Of a stretch of 64,000 bases of DNA, positions 30,300-43,730 are shown piece by piece. Within the stretch, counting starts at the first letter, position 1, and every line of letters starts with the position of its first letter. The notes beneath the pieces were generated by a model. It did not search any database. It saw nothing but the letters and a program-made list of their open reading frames with translations, and had not been told where the DNA came from. The stretch is from Eledone cirrhosa (Eukaryota). The DNA lies in assembly GCA_964016885.1 (NCBI GenBank), contig OZ024743.1:25606001-25670000 (forward strand), given 5' to 3'. The translations under genes were made by a program, and so were the position numbers.

Positions 30300-30373
30300 T
30301 GAACAGGTAGATATTTAAATTATTTTTTAATTTATTTAAAGGATTGTTTAATGTTTGTTTGTTCTGCTCATCA

Positions 30374-30413
<40 letters not shown>

Positions 30414-30555
30414 CAAGGTGTATCAGCGGCAGTTACCCCAACGCATCACATTTAGATTATCGAAAACAAAGTGCTCAACACCATATCTAAACATATATCA
30501 ATATCACGTTACATAATTTTATACATGTATACATGATAACTATACTATATATAAA

Positions 30556-30660
30556 TAATTGTTTCTACTTTTGGCACAAGGCAAGCAATTATCCCAGAGC
30601 ATTACTGGTACTTTATTTTATCGACTCCGTAAGGATGAAAGGCAAAGTTAACCTCGGCGG
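30556..30660 (-). mobile_element. 5'-truncated SINE
   Basis: Tail and core present, head missing. Confidence 0.85.
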
Positions 30661-31557
30661 TATATATGTGTAAACAAAGCAGAAACATGGGCAGAAATGA
30701 ATACATAAACACTAACATACGCAGAATCGTATATACATATATATACGTGTATAAATAGTCATACATGCATACGTACATATACGCCCATAGGCACACGCAG
30801 ATACTTACACACACATACATATATGCATACATGTGTGCGTATGTAAAGAAAATGCTTGCGCCTGATTGTACAATTCGAAGCCTATAATAACGCAACGTTT
30901 GTCTAACATCCAACATTCAACTTCCCTGGCAACGAAATTGAACGAAAGAAAATGGTGAAGCATGAATGTGAGTGGTCATTGGATATGAGTCCGCCGATGG
31001 TGGTGGATAGCAGATAGTGGATATTGGTGATGGTAATGGTAATGGTGAGTGGTGGAAGGTTGTGGTGGAAGGTTTTCAGAACGACGACGGAAATATACTA
31101 TATAAATTTCAGTTTCTGAATAATAGAATTACATCAAACAAGTTTATACAAAAGAGTGAATTCATTAACAGAAGTGTAAATATCACTGAGATATTAAACA
31201 ATACAAGGTCTCGTTCCTAAAGAGATTGTTTGATTGTTTAATTATCTTAAGTGAATTGTCAGTCGCTTGTTAATGTGTGTCTTATTAATATTCTCTTTCT
31301 TTCATTACTTACACTTCACAAACTGCAATTCAACTCTACCTAAATATTTTATGTTCTTGTTTTTCATTTACGTAGTAGTATTGAAAAGTGTGTGGGTATG
31401 TGGGTATGTGAGAGTGTGGGTGTGTGTGCGATTATGCGTGCGGAAAATGATACATACACACGCACACCACACACACATACACATACACAGCTACGTATAT
31501 ATATATATATAATATTTGACTTGACTATCTAATTACCGATATCTATTGAGATTAGTG

Positions 31558-31599
<42 letters not shown>

Positions 31600-31613
31600 C
31601 ATACATATATATA

Positions 31614-31661
<48 letters not shown>

Positions 31662-31971
31662 ACATACACATACACGCACACACTCACATATATATGTTTA
31701 TATATATACAGAGCGAGACTGACAGATAGACTCCCAGAGAGAGATAGGGATATAGATATGAAATGCTATATAACATATAAGAAAACAGAGCATATAAATT
31801 AATACTATATAAGCAAGAATATTTAACTTTGTTCCAGAACAATGTGAGGTTGTAAATTCTAGACAGAACATCCGGGTCATAAGAAGCTTAAGGAATGCGA
31901 TATATATGTGTCTGTGTGTGCCTTCGATATATATGTACACATATATATATATATATACGTATATATATACG

Positions 31972-32005
<34 letters not shown>

Positions 32006-32013
32006 TATATACG

Positions 32014-32309
<296 letters not shown>

Positions 32310-32325
32310 TATATATATATACGTA

Positions 32326-32396
<71 letters not shown>

Positions 32397-32446
32397 GTAT
32401 ATATATATATACGTATATACACATATATATATATATATATATATAT

Positions 32447-32804
32447 AACGAAGGAATTGTGGTAAGGAACCAGATGGACCATAACGCACCAAAGTACTCA
32501 ATACTTACGGTAGTAGAGTGGGTAATAGGAACAAGTATGACCCCGACGGCAGAGCTCAAGCCGTTTCGACGGCTATTTCTGGACTAAATAAACATTTTTA
32601 GCCTGGTAAATAAATAGCCGAACTTCTCAGGGGATATTTCCTTATATGGGAAGATAGTTTGACCAATCCTCTTGACAATTACTATCTTCCCATATAAGGC
32701 TATTTATTTATTTCGGCTATTTATTTACCAGGCTAAAAATTCTTATTTAGTCCAGAAATAGCCGTCGAAACGGCTTGAGCTCTGCCGTCAGGGTCATACT
32801 TGTT

Positions 32805-32809
<5 letters not shown>
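32447..32809. mobile_element. Family F2 fold-back element in (TA)n
   Basis: Inverted arms ~32525-32622 and ~32712-32809, central hairpin CCTTATATGGGAAGATAGT...ACTATCTTCCCATATAAGG, and an unpaired left extension of ~78 nt. Confidence 0.85.
32540..32635 (-). ncRNA. Candidate type-I hammerhead with long stems II and III (F2), core one base off consensus
   Basis: atccc CTGAGAA g..cggctattt-loop-aaatagccg-tc GAAAC ggc-ttgagctct-gcc GTC ggggt. Confidence 0.6.
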
Positions 32810-32882
<73 letters not shown>

Positions 32883-32885
<3 letters not shown>

Positions 32886-33367
32886 GACTGAGCATGCCCT
32901 CACACTGCCAATGAGTGGCAAGAATGGATGAAAAATAACTTTGGAAATCGTGTGATCAGTTTGAAGACTGATTTTGAGTGGGCCCAACACAGGTCTGATT
33001 AAAGCCCCCCCCCCCCCATTTCTTTCTTTGAGGGCTATCTGAAGGGTAGAGTGTATGTAACCACACCCAGGACCATCACTGCTCTAAAGGGAAATTTCAG
33101 GGAAGAGATGAGAGCCGTGTCTAGGTCTGTTTGTAAAGACGTTATACTAAACTTCACCATGCGCATCAAAAAATGCACGTATTCAAATGTGGATCGCTTG
33201 GAAGATATGTTGTATGTAACTCTGGACAGAAACTTCAGAAGATAGGGTATTTTGGATATGTTGTTTTTAATGGTTTCAACTAAATATATTCGGAATCTCA
33301 TCAATTTTGTCAAAAGTGAATAATCTAGACAAAAATATAAATGGGACCAGTATTTTAGTCACCCTGT
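32883..33367 (+). mobile_element. Tc1/mariner transposase C-terminal remnant and right TIR
   Basis: F-L-*-GYLKGRVYVTTPRTITALKGNFREEM...FTMRIKKC, ending ...TAGTCACCCTG|TA. Confidence 0.8.
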
Positions 33368-33386
33368 ACACATACATACATACATA

Positions 33387-34472
33387 TTCCCTGTATGATA
33401 ATCAAAAACTCAGCAGTATCGCAGTGAATCCATAGATAAAAAACTGCAGACCTATCAGCAAAAAATCATGCATGGATATGTTGCCAGGAAGCTCCAGAGT
33501 GAGAGTAATGTAGATAAGGAAAGTAGTCTATTTTGGACCAACAACCGCTATATTGGCTCCCACTTTGAAGGATACACTTTTGCAATCCAGGAACAGGAGA
33601 TTGGCACGAAATACCTGATTCACAAAAGAGATAGGCATGCAGAAAAAACACCTAGATGTGATAACAAGTGCAGACTCTGCAGAACTAACATCGAGGATAT
33701 CACCCATGTCATCAGCAGCTGTCCAAAGATGTCATCGCGGTACAATCTACCTATGAGGCATGATGTAGTGGCCAAAACACTGTACAATGGAGTTCGTAAA
33801 AAAGATAGCCCCGATAATAAACACATTAAAAGCTACAGCAATGTGGAAGACATCCATGTACATAATATGAAAGAGTACTGGTGGAATGTTCCAGTAAAAA
33901 CCCCAATAAAATGCAGGCATAACAGACCAGATATTATGATATGGGACAGGGAGAAGAATGCAAGCATTGTAGTGGAAATTAGCTGCCCAGCAGATGCCAA
34001 TATAATATCAAAGATTAGTGAAAAGGAGAATATTTATGCAGAACTGATGAGAAATCTGCAGATACTCCACCCTGATTACACCTTCAGATTTATGCCTGTG
34101 ATTATTGGGGCACTGGGGTATGTTAGTAACTGTCTCAATACAAATCTTGAGAAGCTGGGCTTCACAGGAACAGAAAGAACACAACTAGTTAGGAAATTAC
34201 AAGTACAATCCATTAATTGAACAGTAAAATTATGTAAAACATTCCAAAAATGTTGCTTCCTATAACTGCATATACACATGTTCAGATGCAAAGCATATAC
34301 ACATGCACACATACAACTCAAAACATACACATCCACACATACAATAACATCCATATCTACACATGCATGCCTACATATATATCTACCTAGTTGATGTTGT
34401 GTAAATTCCAATGAGAGAGTCTTGTGTCTATGTTAGAAACCGACTCTCTCTCTATTGGTAAAACCAGAAGAA
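33387..34472 (+). mobile_element. 5'-truncated R4/Dong-like non-LTR retrotransposon inserted in (TACA)n
   Basis: ORF 33468-34220 with MHG, EG..FAIQEQEI, CCHC zinc finger CRLC-x8-H-x4-C, RHD, RPD and EISCP restriction-like endonuclease motifs. TACA repeats on both flanks. Confidence 0.9.
33468..34220 (+). pseudogene. Zinc knuckle plus restriction-like endonuclease (PD-(D/E)xK) C-terminus of an RLE LINE protein
   Basis: 250-aa open frame with the motifs listed for 33387-34472; the RT domain is absent. Confidence 0.88.
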
Positions 34473-34518
34473 CATACATACATACATACATATATACATA
34501 CATATATTCATACATACA

Positions 34519-34551
<33 letters not shown>

Positions 34552-35989
34552 TCATACATGATGGCTGCAACTCGATTTCGAGTAATCCCATCTCTTGATA
34601 CTTAAGCATAAGCATCACAAACGCGGCTTTTTAGTCCATTTAGGGAATTGCCTATCGACAACAATACCATGCATCGCAAAATATGACACATACCAAGCGA
34701 TGTCTGTGCTTGAAGCTTTTTTGTTGGTGAGGAAAATCTTTGCACGGGGCCAGTCCCACTCTCTGAACATCGAATGCATTTTTCCAAAAAATAGAACTGG
34801 TCCACAACATTTGATGCAACTGAAGTCACAGGTTTTATATCAAAGTGATCCTCTCCTAGAGAGATGTCTTAATGAAAACTAGGAGACTCACCCAAGAAAA
34901 ACAAATTATTGGATGGCCGTTCAATCTCCTGAGTTCCTCAACCCTTCGACGGGTTTTGATTTCATCCCACGGGGTCTCCAGATTCACCCTCCTCACCAAG
35001 CAAGCGTGGTGGGGTTGACAGTTTAGTCGCCGACGACCCGACAATGCACAGGTTGTACTGGGTTACATGTTACCAGTGGCGGTAAAGATCAACCTAACAT
35101 ACATACATACATACATACATACATACATACATACATACATACATACATACATTGATGAGGAGTTTGTAGATCCAGTATCCAAGATACACCTTCAGTTTCC
35201 TACCCATCATTATTGGAGCTACAGGTTATATACCAGCCCGCTTGAACCAATGTATAACTGAACTTGGATTTGTAGACAAAGAACGCAGTTCCCTAATTCA
35301 TAGACTACAAATGACTGCGATAGCTGGCACCTTCAATATTTGCCAAAACATTCTTGCGATTCAAGGATGACAATTTCTTTTCTTTTACAACCTTGCCACC
35401 AGGAAGGTAGCCGGTCAAAAATGTACTCGAAATTATGAGAAAGAGAAACATGTTTATGCATTGAAATAGGTATGTAAGAAATTACACATATGTCTCCGAC
35501 ATATAAAATGGCGAACGTATATAACATACATACAAACATACATGCATACATGTTGATGTAAGTGTGTGGAGAATGATAACTAATGTGAGATACAACAAAA
35601 TATTTATCTCAATGTATTTAGCATCTCTATTTCCCTCATAGGATTCACAGAGATGTTGTATTTGTGTGTTTATAGTGCTTAGTGTGCTACAGAGTAAATT
35701 ATTAACACATTGCCTTTTATGGTGACGATGGGGAAGGGAGGGAAATTAACGAATTCTCGAAAGTGAATTGGCGTCTCACAAAAGAAGTCCAACCATTTTT
35801 GTTGCTGTTCATGTTGATGTTGATGTTTTAGATGTTGTTCATGGTGTTTTAGTTGGTGTTGCTGTTGTTGTTGTTGTTTTAGTTGATGTTGTTGATGTTA
35901 TTGTTATTGTTGTTGTTATTGCATTCTTTTGTCGACGTTTTATGGCGAAATAAACTAACTGCATTAAGTCCATTGCCAGTTGCACGCCG

Positions 35990-37790
35990 ACAATATAATG
36001 GTGGTCGTAGCGAAGATGGTGGTGGAGGCGGTGGTAATGGTTGTGGTTTTGGGAGAGGGTGGCGGCAGTAGCGGCAGTATTGATAGTAGCGTTGATGGCG
36101 GTGGTGGGGGTTGTGGTGGTGGTAGTGGGGGTGATGGTGGTGATGGTAATAATGGTAGCCATGGTGATGGTGGTGGTGTGGAGTTGCCGATGTTGGTGGT
36201 TGTGGAGGAAGAGGGTAACGTTTTTGATAGATGTAATTACGGTGGTGATGGTGGTGAAGACGGTGTAATTGTGGAGATGGTGGTGGTGCTAGTGGTGGTG
36301 GAGTATGTTGTAATCGTGGAGATGGTGGTGGTGGTTATGGTGGTTGTGGTAGTGGTGGAGTATGTTGTAATCGTGGAGATGATGGTGATAGTGGTGGTGG
36401 TGGTGGTAATGGTGTTGGTGGTGGTGTTGGTGGTGGTGTTGGTGGTGGTGGTGGTGTTGGTGGTGGTGTTGGTAGTGGTGTTGGTGTTGGTGTTGGTGTT
36501 GGTGTTGGTGGTGGTGTTGGTAGTGGTGTTGGTGTTGGTGGTGGTGTTGGTGTTGGTGTTGGTGGTGGTGTTGGTGTTGGTGTTGGTGTTGGTGGTGGTG
36601 TTGGTGTTGGTGGTGGTGTTGGTGTTGGTGTTGGTGGTGGTGTTGGTGTTGGTGGTGGTGGTGGTGTTGGTGTTGGTGTTGGTGGTGGTGTTGGTGTTGG
36701 TGGTGGTGGTGGTGGTGGTGGTGGTGGTGTTGGTGGTGGTAATGGTGGTGGTGTTGGTGTTGGTGTTGGTGTTGGTGTTAGTGTTGGTGGTGGTGTTGGT
36801 GTTGGTGTTGGTGTTTGTCGTGGTGTTGGTGTTGGTGGTGGTGTTGGTGTTGGTGTTGGTGTTGGTGTTGTTGGTGTTGGTGTTGGTGGTGGTGGTGGTG
36901 TTGGTGTTGGTGGTGGTGTTGGTGTTGGTGTTGGTGGTGGTAATGGTGTTGGTGTTGGTGTTGGTGTTGGTGTTGGTGTTGGTGGTGGTGGTGGTGTTGG
37001 TGTTGGTGTTGGTGTTGGTGGTGGTGTTGGTGATGGTGTTGGTGTTGGTGGTGGTGGTGTTGGTGTTGGTGTAGGTGGTGGTGGTGGTGGTGGTGGTAGT
37101 GTTGGTGGTGGTAATGGTGTTGGTGTTGGTGTTGGTGGTGGTGCTGGTGGTGGTGGTGTTGGTGTTGGTGGTGGTAATGGTGTTGGTGTTGGTGTTGGTG
37201 GTGGTGGTGGTAATGGTGTTGGTGTTGGTGTTGGTGTTGGTGGTGGTGTTGGTGTTGGTGGTGGTAATGGTGGTGGTGTTGGTGTTGGTGTTGGTATTGG
37301 TGTTGGTGTTGGTGGTGGTAATGGTGTTGGTGTTGGTGTTGGTGTTGGTGTTGGTGTTGGTAATGGTGTTGGTAGTGGTGTTGGTGTTGGTGTTGGTGTT
37401 GGTGGTGGTGTTGGTGTTGGTGTTGGTGTTGGTGTTGGTGTTGGTGTTGGTGGTGATTTTGGTGTTGGTGTTGGTGGTGGTAATGGTGTTGGTGTTGGTG
37501 GTGGTGTTGGTGTTGGTGTTGGTGTTGGTGGTGATTTTGGTGTTGGTGTTAGTGGATGTGTGCCGGTGATAGTGATGGCGATGGCGATGATGATGGTGAT
37601 GGTGGTTGTGCTGGGGATGAGAGGTGGATTTCAAATTGATATTGAGGTGATATGTGTTGTTTGTTGTGATTATTATTGTGGTGGTGCTGGTGGTGGTGGT
37701 GGTGGTGGTGGTGGTGGCGGTGGTGGTGGCAGTGGTGGTGGTGGTGGCGGTGGTGATGGTAGTCGTCGTCGTCGTCGTCGTCGTTTTTGT
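35990..37790. repeat. (GTG/TTG)-triplet low-complexity array
   Basis: Mixture of GTG runs and GTGTTG hexamers that keeps its 3-nt phase. Confidence 0.97.
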
Positions 37791-38473
37791 GTGGTGGTCC
37801 AGGTGGTGGGGATGTCTAGGTGTTGGTGAGGCACTGCGGCTGAAGAAGGTGAATCTGATAGTGGTGGCGTTGAACTTGTGTGTGAGTGTTTGTGTGTGCA
37901 ACCGCGTGTGCGTGTATGCTTGTATGTGTCTGTGTGTGTGTGCGTGCGGCAGTTGCGCGCGTGTGAATTTAAAATCTAAGGAGAAAGAAGAGTTGCGATG
38001 GAGGCGTTAGAAGGGTTTTGGATAGATTAGAGTAAGGTTAGTGAGCAGAAGCAATGTAATATAATTTTGGCAGCGTTCAACTGTCAGAGCCCTATTCAAG
38101 CACATACACCGTTGCTTTTAGCAGGCGCTGGCAAAGCTTTTTACGGCCGTGTAAAGATAAAATGTATCGTTGCAATGCTACTTGAAACACGCATTACCTG
38201 GTGGCAGTAGTTAACCTGTGCCATTTTCTACACTGACATGCACATAGATACAGTGCACATATATACAAACACACATACGTATTACATTTACGTGTATATA
38301 TCCGCAGTTATACAGACATACACAGTATTATATATGCATGTAATTACATGCGCGCCTTTCTCTCTCTCTCTCTCTTTCTCTCTTTCTCTCTCTATCTCTC
38401 TTTCCTTCTCTTCCTCTCTCTCTTTCTTACTCACTCTCACGCATACATATAAGCACACATGCTCGCGCACGCG

Positions 38474-38860
<387 letters not shown>

Positions 38861-39202
38861 ATACAAACATACATGCGTTCTTAGTTTTATAGTTAAGTCC
38901 ACAGATTAACTGTAAAACTAGGAACGTAGTTTATAGCATAGGATGCACGGAGGGACAGTGTAGGAATAGGAAAACAACATATATAGGTGAGACGGCTTGT
39001 AGCACAGGAGAAAGGATGAAAGAAGACGGGCGAGAACTCCAAGATGAGAAACGTTCATCAGTACTTTACCAGCATACCAGAGTGGAACATGGGGGCTCAC
39101 CAGAGAACACCGAACACTGAACAGATGCAATGCTCCGACAGCTTACAGAAGTAACAAATATAAATGAACATCGTTCAAAACTAAATAGAAAGCACAAATG
39201 AA

Positions 39203-39380
39203 ATAATTGTTTCTACTTTTTGGCACAAGGCCAGCAATTACCCAGTGCATTACTGGTATTTTATTTTATCGACCCCGTAAGGATGAAAGGCAAAGTTAAC
39301 CTCGGCGGGATTTGAACTCAGTTCGTAAGAGACGTAACTCTTTGCTGGAAAGCATGGCGTCCGACTCTCTACCGATACTG
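39203..39380 (-). mobile_element. SINE copy
   Basis: Conserved tail, core and B-box. Confidence 0.9.
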
Positions 39381-39865
39381 AACCTCACAACATAGTGACT
39401 AAGGACAATATAAAGACACGGGAAAATAAGACTAAGATAAATAGACAGCCCCGCCACACCCTCACACACAAAAGCACTAAATAGTTACAGGTAGGGAAAG
39501 ATAGAAGAAACAACACACACACACACACATAGATATAACTCTTGCGCAGTCAAAGTGCACAGTCTATAAAGACAAGATGGTGTAAAACAGAACAAAGAGG
39601 AGACACAAAGTAACAAATATTGTCACTGAATAGGTCATAGATGTGTGACGAAAGAGCTTTGACATTTAACGACTAAACAACTATCCGACTATTAAACTAA
39701 CTGATGGAAAAATTAATTACTTAAATAATAATAAATTGAAATGAAACTTAACTGGTGCGTGTGTTTTTATTGGCAGCATGACCCTCCCAAAGTATAACAA
39801 GATCGGTTTCAACACGCATTTTCACATAAAATATCTTGCAAAACAAATACAAAAGACGAAGTATA
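39381..39865 (+). mobile_element. F1-subfamily PLE pLTR with terminal extension
   Basis: CTATAAAGACAAGATGGTGTA, then an HHR, then CATGACCCTCCCAAAGTATAAC and an extension homologous to 15356-15440. Confidence 0.75.
39621..39664 (+). ncRNA. Minimal hammerhead ribozyme with one core substitution
   Basis: tgtca CTGAATA g-gtcata-gatg-tgtgac GAAA gagc TT tgaca; perfect stem I, CUGAAUA instead of CUGANGA. Confidence 0.7.
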
Positions 39866-39875
39866 TATACATATA

Positions 39876-39939
39876 CAGGGTGTCCTAAAAATATGTATAC
39901 ACACTTTGATTACCTGTACAGTGGGGGGGGGGCACCCTG
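39876..39939. mobile_element. Tiny Tc1/mariner-type MITE remnant
   Basis: TA|CAGGGTGTCC ... GGGCACCCTG|TA. Confidence 0.6.
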
Positions 39940-41368
39940 TATATATATATATATATACATATATATGTGTGTGTGTGTGTATGTGTGTCTATGTCTGTGT
40001 CTGTGTGTATGTATGTGTGTCTGTGTGTGTATGTGGGTGTGTATGTGGGTGTGTCTGCGTGTGTTTGTATGTGTGTCTGTAATTTACACACGCATACACG
40101 TGTCCAAGCCCAAACTTACACACACACCGCACACACAGTCTCATTTAGAGATAGGCTCACATATGCCGTTTAAAATACACGGACGACTTATCTACCTAAG
40201 CATTGTACTTACATGTATGCTGATAAGTCCATACAATGAGATACTGAGATACACGCATAGAGATAGCAACAAGAGGATCGCATACACTCGCGCACACACA
40301 CACATACACACACATATACACACAAACCTACAAACATACACGCGCACACTCACACACACTCACACATACGCACACACAGACACGTATCCAATCCGTTTCA
40401 CTTTTTCCTCTTCTTTTTCTTTCCACCTTTTCTCATACACATACCCTTTCTCTCTCTTATCTTCTCTTACTCACTCACTCTCTCTCTCTCTCATCTCTCT
40501 AATCCTCTCACTCCCTTTTATTTTATCCTCTTTCACCCATCCATGCTCTCTCTCACTTACACTTTTCCTCTCATCCTCTCTCTCTCTCTCTCTCTCACTC
40601 TCTCTTATCCTCTTTGTTATCTTCTCTGTCACTCAAGCTTTCTCTCCCTCTCTCTCGCCCTCTCTCTCATCTTCTATCTCACCCCCGTCTCTCTCTTTCT
40701 CACCCTTTCTCTCTTGCCCTTTCCCCCTCAACTTTTCTTCTTTTCTATCTATATATCACTTCCTCCTATGTTGGCGTTTCTCTATACCTCTAACTCATCC
40801 CCAGACACTTTCTCTCCCTTTCTATGTCTCTCTCTCACTCACTCTTTCTCTGTCTCACTCACTCCCCCCCCCCCTCTCTCTCTCTCTTGTTCTGTGTCTC
40901 TACTTTTTTATCCATTTATATACGTATCTATATTTCTTCTCGAGATCTATTCACTGTCACACACACACACGCAACACACACACAGACACAAAAACGCACA
41001 AACACACAGACACACAGACACAAACGTTTGCACACAACGCTCAACAACCTCTTACAAACACACATACATATATAAATTTAGCAACAAACGCTTGCAAGCA
41101 TATGTACACACATACTCACACATACATACATACTCAAACATACGCACATACTCACAGATACACACATACTCACGCACGCACGCATATACACGCAAACAGA
41201 AAAATATATCAAAACACACACACACACACAAACACGGACATACACACAGACAAACGCACACAGCATATATATAAACATAAGCCGAAATCATACATACAAA
41301 CACACAAAAACACAAACACACGCTTAACTAAACACTCGCACATACAAACAGAGATAGACAGAGATTGA

Positions 41369-41518
<150 letters not shown>

Positions 41519-41562
41519 GAAAAATTGAACAGGGACAGAACAGAGAGGCAGTACGACAAATG

Positions 41563-41615
<53 letters not shown>

Positions 41616-41817
41616 TAACAGATTAAAGTTTAAGCAAAGAATCGCTGCTTTCTCCCTTAACGGGATCTTCTGAAACTAACAAAGTCAATCTGTAAACGCA
41701 GAAGTGGATATTTCAAAAAACGTTGCAACCGGAGGAAGACAGGAAGACGATACTTTGGTTCGTGGAAACATTCCCTGGCAAAGAACGGGGAAAAACGAAT
41801 ATAATACGTCATTAATA

Positions 41818-42005
41818 GGAGCGGTGACTTGGCAGAATCGTTAGAGAGTCTGACGCCATGCTTTGCAGCATAGAGTTACGGCCCTTTCCATTCTGAGTTC
41901 AAATCCCACCGAAGTTAACTTTGCCTTTCATCCTTACAGGGTCGATAAAATAAAGTACCAGTAATGCACTGAGTAATTGCTGGCCTTGTGCCTAAAGTAG
42001 AAACA
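41818..42005 (+). mobile_element. Full-length SINE with ~16-bp TSD
   Basis: ATTAATAGGAGCGGTG on both sides (41811 and 42006). Confidence 0.9.
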
Positions 42006-42347
42006 ATTAATAGGAGCGGTGCAAAACAATTACGCGCAACCGAACCACGTTTATATATATATATTATTATATAGCGGCGATGAATTAGTTTTGCGAGGTT
42101 TTTTATATGAAATCGTGTGTCGAAACAGATATTGTTATATTTGGGGAGGGTCATATTTGCGTAATATTGCCAGAATTAATAACAGAACACACTCACTGTT
42201 TGGTTGGTTTTCGCTTCTCGCTGTCTTTTATATATATATATCTGCGATCTAACTTACTCGGTCCTCAATGTTGCCATTGACTGACCGGCGGTCAAAAATA
42301 ATACAGATACAATATAGACACAAACACATATATATAGTTTACATAAT

Positions 42348-42391
42348 TTACATAAATCTTTCGTTGCACATCTGCAACATCGTCAGTGGTG
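42348..42391 (-). ncRNA. Minimal hammerhead ribozyme (F1), stem I decayed
   Basis: cacca CTGACGA t-gttgca-gatg-tgcaac GAAA gatt TA tgtaa. Confidence 0.65.
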
Positions 42392-42660
42392 TTATATTCA
42401 TTGTTCCTCCTGTTGTGTTGTATGTCTACGCCATTTTTTTTGTTCAGTCTGTCTATATATTTATTTATTTATTTGCTTGTTTGTTTATCTTATTTTATTT
42501 TGTCTTCTTTGCGCATGCGTTTGCGTGTGTGTATAGTGTTATGTGTGATGTGTGGCTAGTGTGTATAGTGTTGTGTCTGCTGGGTGACTAGTGTGTGTTT
42601 ATGTGCTTGTGTATGTATTTATTTATCTTATTTTATTTTATTTTATTTTTATTTACTTAT

Positions 42661-43688
42661 TTATACTTCTCTTAGGTCAGTGTTGTTTGTTTGGGTGTTG
42701 TTGTTGTTCCACTCATTCTTTCTGTTTAGCTTTGGTCTTCTAATTTCTATTTCACTGGCCTCTCTGATTTGCCTATCTGCTGGGTCATTCCTATGTTTAG
42801 ATATTATTCTAATTTCTATGTTGTCTATGTTACCGTCATGTTGTTGTCTAGCATGTTCGGATAGTACTGACCCGTTTTTTCGTCCTTTTAGTTCCCCCCA
42901 GTGTTGGTCTATCCTTTCACCTATGCTACGAGCTGTCTCACCTATGTATGTTGTTGTCATGTTTCTGCAAGTACCCTCTGTACATCTTATGCTATAGACT
43001 ACGTTTCTAGTTTTACAGTTTATCCGGGGGTTCACCTTACATATGATACATTTCCTATTGGTACAGTGGGTTTTCTTAAAAGGGTAGGTTTTGCTGATCA
43101 GGGATTTTATGGTGGTTCCTGGCTTTTCTACCACCTTTATTTTTAAGTGGGTCTTTCTCAGGACCTTTCTACACTGGTTAGCTAATTTCCCTCCAGGGGT
43201 GGCGTCCACAAACATGACACTCTGATATCTCTGGTTGTCGTACCATGATGTGGCCTTCCCTATCTTATGTCTAGCCCTATCTAAGCTATTCCATGATTTG
43301 CTCCTGTATAGTGGGCAAATTCCTTTCATGTCCAGTTCTATGAGGGTCTTATACTTTTCCATGGCTCCTTCGTATACTCTGACTCCGTCTCTTTGGTTGT
43401 AGCCAGAGAACTGCATGCGGTTGATGAAGTGTTGGATGTGTCCTTCCATTTCTGTTGGGTCGCACATGCTGGACACATTCTTCATCACTCGTACCAAATC
43501 TGCGATCAGAATATTAAACTTAGCACTACTGGACATTGCTGAGTTTTTGAGTATCAGGTATTTGGAGGCCATGGGTTTAGCATAGTGTGAGTGGAGAATT
43601 TGGGCTCTCTCGTCTATAGTGTTAATCCAGAGTTCTGTGTCTAATACAGGTAGTCTATTGTTAGGGTGTTTGGAAGGGAAGTCTATTT
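42661..43688 (-). pseudogene. PLE RT C-terminus/thumb plus GIY-YIG endonuclease (uninterrupted frame, N-terminally truncated)
   Basis: DFPSKHPNNRLPVLDTELW, HYAKPMAS, SGY, Cys linker CTNRKCIIC...NCKTRNVVYSIRC, YIGETARSIGER, EA..I, LNRKNEW. Confidence 0.9.
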
Positions 43689-43730
43689 TCACTTCTCTAT
43701 GTTTTTCCACCCAGTACACATGATTTACAC

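Larger units (their letters stand above)
42072..43688 (-). mobile_element. 5'-truncated Penelope-like element (third type; source family of the F1 pLTR fragments)
   Basis: ORF 42661-43719, then a 3' UTR/pLTR with an HHR, ending at (TA)n. Confidence 0.9.

Noticed and set aside
34560-34860. Possible mariner N-terminal remnants (also ~1990-2240)
   Set aside because: Too degenerate to support without an alignment.
34920-35095. GC-rich segment resembling a LINE 5' UTR with an HDV-like ribozyme
   Set aside because: The nested double pseudoknot could not be assembled by eye; it needs an RNArobo or Infernal search.
39836-41368. 510-aa ORF
   Set aside because: It spans consecutive CA-, CT- and TG-rich low-complexity tracts, with no domain motifs.
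41818-41910. tRNA genes
   Set aside because: The A/B boxes belong to SINE heads; there is no cloverleaf or Pol III terminator.
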